From: Candidatus Ozemobacteraceae bacterium
GTDB lineage: Bacteria > Muiribacteriota > Ozemobacteria > Ozemobacterales > Ozemobacteraceae
Length of the DNA: 64,000 bases
Assembly (NCBI GenBank): GCA_035388825.1
Contig: DAOOQQ010000016.1
Location: 12,334-76,333, forward strand
Direction: 5' to 3'
The position numbers and the translations under genes are program-made. The notes below the pieces were generated by a model, which saw only the letters and a program-made list of their open reading frames with translations, did not search any database and was not told the DNA's origin. Position 1 is the stretch's first letter, and each line of letters opens with the position of its first letter. This document shows, piece by piece, positions 60,086-64,000 of this stretch.

Positions 60086-62251
60086 TTATTTTCTGATCCC
60101 TGGAGAGCTTAAGAACGCGATCATGCTCATATTGATGATGTCGGATCGAATATTCGGCTCGATGATTTCGCTCACATCGATTTTCGCATCGGGTCTTGGA
60201 AAGAGCTCTACAGCGGCCGCGGCAATCTCGAAAAGGTCGTCGCTCATGCCGGGTTGTGGGCAGGTGAACCAGATGATGGCGTATGCGGCTTCGGAGAGGA
60301 TTGGTTCACTGCGAATCTTTTCGAGAAGAAGGTTGCGGGTTCCAGACCATCGGAAAATGCGGAATGATGGATAGTTTCGCAATGCCGCGAACAGCTTTCC
60401 CGGATCGAGCGTCGAAACGATTTCCTCCCCCCAGCCACCTGGGAGAAGGCCATCGGCGCCCGGCAGGCGACCTCCGGCCGGTTCAGGCATCATGCAGAGA
60501 TGTGTCTCACACCCGGTTTTAGAAATCGTTTTGAATCGGGGTGGCCCTTCGAGTATGCGCATGATGACGAACGACGCAGATGGAATTCCGAACGCCTTCT
60601 TAATCTCGGCGGCCATCTTCCAGTTCCAGGTGATGTCTTCCGAGATGTCCACCGTGAAACAGGCTTTTTCGAGATCGTATCGAACGACACCGCGCGGAAT
60701 ATCCAGGGCCGTGTTCGTTTCGAGCTCGGGGAACCGGGAGATCATCGCCGGCCAGAAATCAGAGAACACGAGTTTCGATGTGAGATACTTCCCGATCGTT
60801 TTCCCGCGTCGCAGACTCGAGGAAAAGGGAATGACCTTGTTTTCGTGAATCCAGAACAGCCCCAGGCGAGGCGACCGCTTCCGTCGGGAAAGGCGGTTCA
60901 GGCGACGCTCGATTCGCGCCCATGCGCAATCGTCGAACGGCCATTTCTCGATCTTCGGCTGATACCGTTTCAACGCTTCTTCTCGCAGAACACCAGGTGT
61001 TTCGGATTCCCAGAGTTCATCGAGAAAGCCGGGAAATCGTTCATTGAACTCGGCAATGGACCTCTCAACATTCAGCAAGCCTTCCGGCAGTCTTTCGGTT
61101 TCGGGTCGATCTATCGATCGGATGGCATCGTCAAGAATCACGGCGCAGTCATCATCAAAGGCGTGGCGCATGATCGCCTCGATATATGCGGGGCCCCCGG
61201 CTTCCTTCAGCCGCCCGGTTTGGCGCAGGCGGTCGATGACCTTGTCATACAGGAGCCACTCCTTTCGGGCGTGCATTTCCACCATCTGCCCGAACAGCGT
61301 CTTGTGCTCGGGAATCATGAATCGTTCCGGCGTGAGTTTCGAAAACACCTTCTCCTTCAGCTCCGACAGATGCCCGCCGTCGGAGAGCAGCACTCCGAGC
61401 AGGAGAGCCTCCTCCTCCCGTGGCGGAGTCCGAATCTCCTCCGGGCAAGCGGTATCGAAGAAAAAGATCCCGTCACATTCGATAACATCTGCAGCATCAC
61501 CGGCATAGACGCCCATGCCGACGTCAAGCTCGACAGAGTCATCATCTAAATACCTTACGATATCTTTGCAGAACTCATCGGCGCGAGGTTGCAATTCCCG
61601 TTCCGAAAAGTGCAGGAATACGGATCCGGAAGAAGCCTTTCTATAGTTACAATGACACTTCATCGAATGAAGATCGGCGTATCGCCCCGTCCAGGTGATG
61701 ACCTTATACGCAGGATATGATTCAAGTTTCTTCAGCAGACGTTCATGGGAGAATCTGAAGATTTCCTCAGACGCGCGTCGCATGGTGAAACCGTTGTTTC
61801 TCCCCTTTTTCACGGTGAGCCTCGGCGTTTCGATGGTTCGCAGCCGGGGAATGACGACAGATCGTGCCGGGATATGGAATCGCCGCCTGATCACAGCGAT
61901 CAGCGCCCTGTTCGAAAGAATTTCGGCCGGTGCGACGATCTCGAATGCCCCGTTCACCAGCTCAAAGGTGACGTAGCCGTCGCACATCCCCTGCCCCTCT
62001 TGCCGGCGAAGCTCCGGGAAACGCTGAATCACCCTTCTCTGGTGCTCCGCGAGAGAGTTCATGGCGAGCAGCCAGATGTGATCCTGCTCCGTTTTGTCGA
62101 GGCTGACGGTCTGGATGAAGATGTTCCCCCGATACACGACGAAATGCCCGAGCCGGGGCATCGGCGTCAGGGAGAGCAGGAACTTCAGCCGCTTTTCGAT
62201 ACGGTCCCATTGTTTCTCGTCGTGGAGCCAATCATGCCGGTAGAGTTTCAT
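60086..62251 (-). CDS. Large hypothetical protein with an internally duplicated about 130-aa module flanking a DnaB-helicase-N-terminal-like domain
   Basis: Residues about 1-130 and about 440-570 align (KLYRHDWLHDEKQWDRIEKRLKFL…PRLGHFVVY vs KRYQPKIEKWPFDDCAWARIERRLNRL…PRLGLFWIH). The central EALLLGVLLSDGGHLSELKEKVFSKLTPERFMIPEHKTLFGQMVEMHARKEWLLYDKVIDRLRQTGRLKEAGGPAYIEAI resembles DnaB_N. Confidence 0.45.
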   Translation of the reverse strand: MKLYRHDWLHDEKQWDRIEKRLKFLLSLTPMPRLGHFVVYRGNIFIQTVSLDKTEQDHIWLLAMNSLAEHQRRVIQRFPELRRQEGQGMCDGYVTFELVNGAFEIVAPAEILSNRALIAVIRRRFHIPARSVVIPRLRTIETPRLTVKKGRNNGFTMRRASEEIFRFSHERLLKKLESYPAYKVITWTGRYADLHSMKCHCNYRKASSGSVFLHFSERELQPRADEFCKDIVRYLDDDSVELDVGMGVYAGDAADVIECDGIFFFDTACPEEIRTPPREEEALLLGVLLSDGGHLSELKEKVFSKLTPERFMIPEHKTLFGQMVEMHARKEWLLYDKVIDRLRQTGRLKEAGGPAYIEAIMRHAFDDDCAVILDDAIRSIDRPETERLPEGLLNVERSIAEFNERFPGFLDELWESETPGVLREEALKRYQPKIEKWPFDDCAWARIERRLNRLSRRKRSPRLGLFWIHENKVIPFSSSLRRGKTIGKYLTSKLVFSDFWPAMISRFPELETNTALDIPRGVVRYDLEKACFTVDISEDITWNWKMAAEIKKAFGIPSASFVIMRILEGPPRFKTISKTGCETHLCMMPEPAGGRLPGADGLLPGGWGEEIVSTLDPGKLFAALRNYPSFRIFRWSGTRNLLLEKIRSEPILSEAAYAIIWFTCPQPGMSDDLFEIAAAAVELFPRPDAKIDVSEIIEPNIRSDIINMSMIAFLSSPGIRK

Positions 62252-62322
62252 TCAGGCACCCTCCTTTCCATTATCTGCCGTGCGAGGAACTGGCGCGTCG
62301 ATACGGGCAGATGTGCGAATCA

Positions 62323-62832
62323 TCATGGTTGCCCCCTCTCGGCAGGCGGTTCGTTCCGGGGGTCTGCAACCATAAGCCGTGCAGAAAACTCTTCCTTCCT
62401 GAAATGTTTTACAAAACGGCCGCAGCAAAAATCAGACAGGATGATCTTCCGTTTCGCAAAGAAGAATTCCCAGGCTTCATCGGCTATCGCGTCATCGGAT
62501 TGCGGGTCGCGAAGGTCGTATATATCGCGGCTCTCAAAGTGGACCCAGAGCCCGCTGCCGGCTTTCCAGAAAAGCGCACACCAGTCCTTCCCATAATATG
62601 TATCGTTCAATATGTATGTCCAGTGAAAATGTCGGCAATAGCCATGCGTTTCGAGAAGTCGCGTGATTCTGCACGGGTGATCGATATGGCGGAGATGCTC
62701 GAGCGGATCAGTTCCGATCATCGTGTTGGAAAAGCGCTCGGGTTCGGATTTCCGAATTGCCAGTTCGAGACTTTCGGGAAAGGGGAAATGCTTCCTGATA
62801 AACGCCTCGCGCCTGCGTTTGTATTCGTTCAT
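62323..62832 (-). CDS. Hypothetical protein (partner gene downstream of REC-like paralog C)
   Basis: ORF with GGAAGGGAAG RBS. Cys/His/Trp-rich. No domain recognised. Confidence 0.35.
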   Translation of the reverse strand: MNEYKRRREAFIRKHFPFPESLELAIRKSEPERFSNTMIGTDPLEHLRHIDHPCRITRLLETHGYCRHFHWTYILNDTYYGKDWCALFWKAGSGLWVHFESRDIYDLRDPQSDDAIADEAWEFFFAKRKIILSDFCCGRFVKHFRKEEFSARLMVADPRNEPPAERGQP

Positions 62833-62849
62833 TCCGCTTCCCTTCCTTC

Positions 62850-63260
62850 TCATTTTATGCCCAGGGCTTCGAGAGCACGGTCTTTCCAGATGGTCTGGAT
62901 CCAGTCGTCGGGGTAAAGAAGTTCGGATTTCACCCAGATGACGTTCCACCCGTGCCGGGCAAGACGTTGCTTCATGACAAGCGCGCCCACCTCGTTCGAC
63001 GTGTGAATCATCACCGGGCAGAAGGGCGCCAGAAGATTCAGGAAGTCGACGACGAAACAGCCGCAGGCGATTCCGAGGTTGCCGCAGGGGGTCTCGTGGG
63101 GTTGCAGGTCGTGGTCCAACGAGAGAAGCTGAATCATCGTGCGATGGGAATGAAGGTATGCGACAGCCTCGAACGCGTCATTTCTAACGGCAATATCCAG
63201 ACCCAGGTCTGCAAACTGGCGAATCCGGGTTTCACTGTCTTCAAGAAGAAAGATGCCCAT
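62850..63260 (-). CDS. Small stand-alone CheY-like protein with Cys cluster, paralog C
   Basis: IFLLEDSETRI…LLSLDHDL…CGNLGIACGCFVVD…FCPVMIHTSNE…WNVIWVKSE…PDDWI. About 60% identical to paralog A. Confidence 0.55.
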   Translation of the reverse strand: MGIFLLEDSETRIRQFADLGLDIAVRNDAFEAVAYLHSHRTMIQLLSLDHDLQPHETPCGNLGIACGCFVVDFLNLLAPFCPVMIHTSNEVGALVMKQRLARHGWNVIWVKSELLYPDDWIQTIWKDRALEALGIK

Positions 63261-63391
63261 GTGGTTGCTACCTGCCTTTCTTCGATATTTCAAGCCGACA
63301 TTTTCCCGCCCCGATGCCGAATGTTCTACAATCAACACCGCTTTTCTGACGTATATGTCGAACGAAATGCTCGCCAGTCAGGCCGGTCTGG

Positions 63392-63985
63392 TCACGTCGT
63401 GCAGTTTCTGAATACCCCCGGGGGAATTTCACGGCCTTTATAGGAAAGCATCATGGGGGGAATCGATTTGGCGGCGGCTTCGAAGGGCCCGATGAAACGT
63501 CCATCGGTGTCGAATTTCATGCCGTTGTCGTATGTCTGCTGGTATCGATAGCCGGTGATCTTCCCGAAGGTGATGATCACGCCCTTGCTCGATTCATAGT
63601 GGCGGCGGATGATTTCGCCGATTTCTTCATGGCTCATGTTCTCCGACCTGACGGGGACGAAGCGCATAGAGGGAGCACCAGAGACGATAGCGGCAAAAAT
63701 CGGGGAAGGAATCGTACGTTCGGTCTCGACAAACAGGTGGGGCTGAAACTCAGCTCGTGCTTTCGCGATCCGTGCGGCGATCTCCTGTTTACAATCGCGT
63801 TCGAGCTCCTCGACCACCTTTCGGATCATTATATTCGGCTCGAGATGCAACGCCACGGCGATACGACACAGCAGGTCTTCTCCTTTATCGACACCGGCGA
63901 GAAACTTTTCGATGCGGCGGATCCCTTTCGCCGAATTCCTGTATCCGAGGGCGCGTGAAAAGGGTCCGCGTCCGTCTCGTTTCAC
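63392..63985 (-). CDS. Hypothetical protein; N-terminal RALGYRNSAKGIRRIEKFLAG module paralogous to ORF 49456-49743
   Basis: Shared N-terminal motif. Rest unknown. Confidence 0.4.
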   Translation of the reverse strand: MKRDGRGPFSRALGYRNSAKGIRRIEKFLAGVDKGEDLLCRIAVALHLEPNIMIRKVVEELERDCKQEIAARIAKARAEFQPHLFVETERTIPSPIFAAIVSGAPSMRFVPVRSENMSHEEIGEIIRRHYESSKGVIITFGKITGYRYQQTYDNGMKFDTDGRFIGPFEAAAKSIPPMMLSYKGREIPPGVFRNCTT

Positions 63986-64000
63986 GGCTTGCCCGACCAG

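Noticed and set aside
60500-61549. 349-aa plus-strand ORF inside gene 60086-62251
   Set aside because: Antisense to the longer ORF with internal repeat structure. No motifs.

Overview
This window comes from a high-GC (about 65%) anaerobe, probably deltaproteobacterial. It holds desulfoferrodoxin, an NtrC-type sigma-54 response regulator and a large fused CoA-enzyme-activase gene. It splits into two parts.

Positions 1-25250 look like core chromosome. They contain the feoB 3' end with a DtxR-family regulator, a cytidylate-kinase-like gene, a PQQ-repeat protein and a 1447-aa fused CoA-substrate activase/dehydratase-like protein. They also contain a sigma-54 response regulator, and a minus-strand K+ operon (trkA, a small hydrophobic ORF, trkH with a C-terminal OB-fold extension, a REC-TPR regulator, a stand-alone KdpD N-terminal sensor protein and a histidine kinase). 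The rest is a mazEF module, a PAS hybrid kinase, three secreted hypothetical proteins, dfx and a proline-rich secreted protein.

At tRNA-Ala(CGC) (about 25181-25253) a low-GC, mosaic genomic island begins and runs past the window end. It starts with a P4-like tyrosine integrase and an AlpA-family regulator. It carries at least four insertion sequences or their remnants: an IS1634-family element abutting the integrase 3' end, an IS3-family element nested in an IS256 remnant, and an IS5-family element splitting a nuclease-like gene. Its cargo looks like a defence island: a 1698-aa DEDDh-exonuclease/RecQ/UvrD fusion divergent from an MmeI-family Type IIL restriction-modification enzyme, a zincin (HExxH) peptidase, and a GmrSD-like Type IV enzyme.

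The most likely novel candidate is a three-gene operon of two paralogous tandem-AAA+ ATPases (about 750-780 aa each) plus a calcineurin-like metallophosphoesterase, preceded by a small HTH gene. Two further oddities stand out. One is an inverted pair of paralogous cassettes built around small Cys-rich CheY-like proteins. The other is duplicated or split DUF4160/DUF2442-HTH modules behind a palindromic leaderless promoter.

I found no rRNA and no CRISPR array. Coordinates I derived myself for non-ORF features may be off by 1-2 nt; ORF-based coordinates follow the supplied track.
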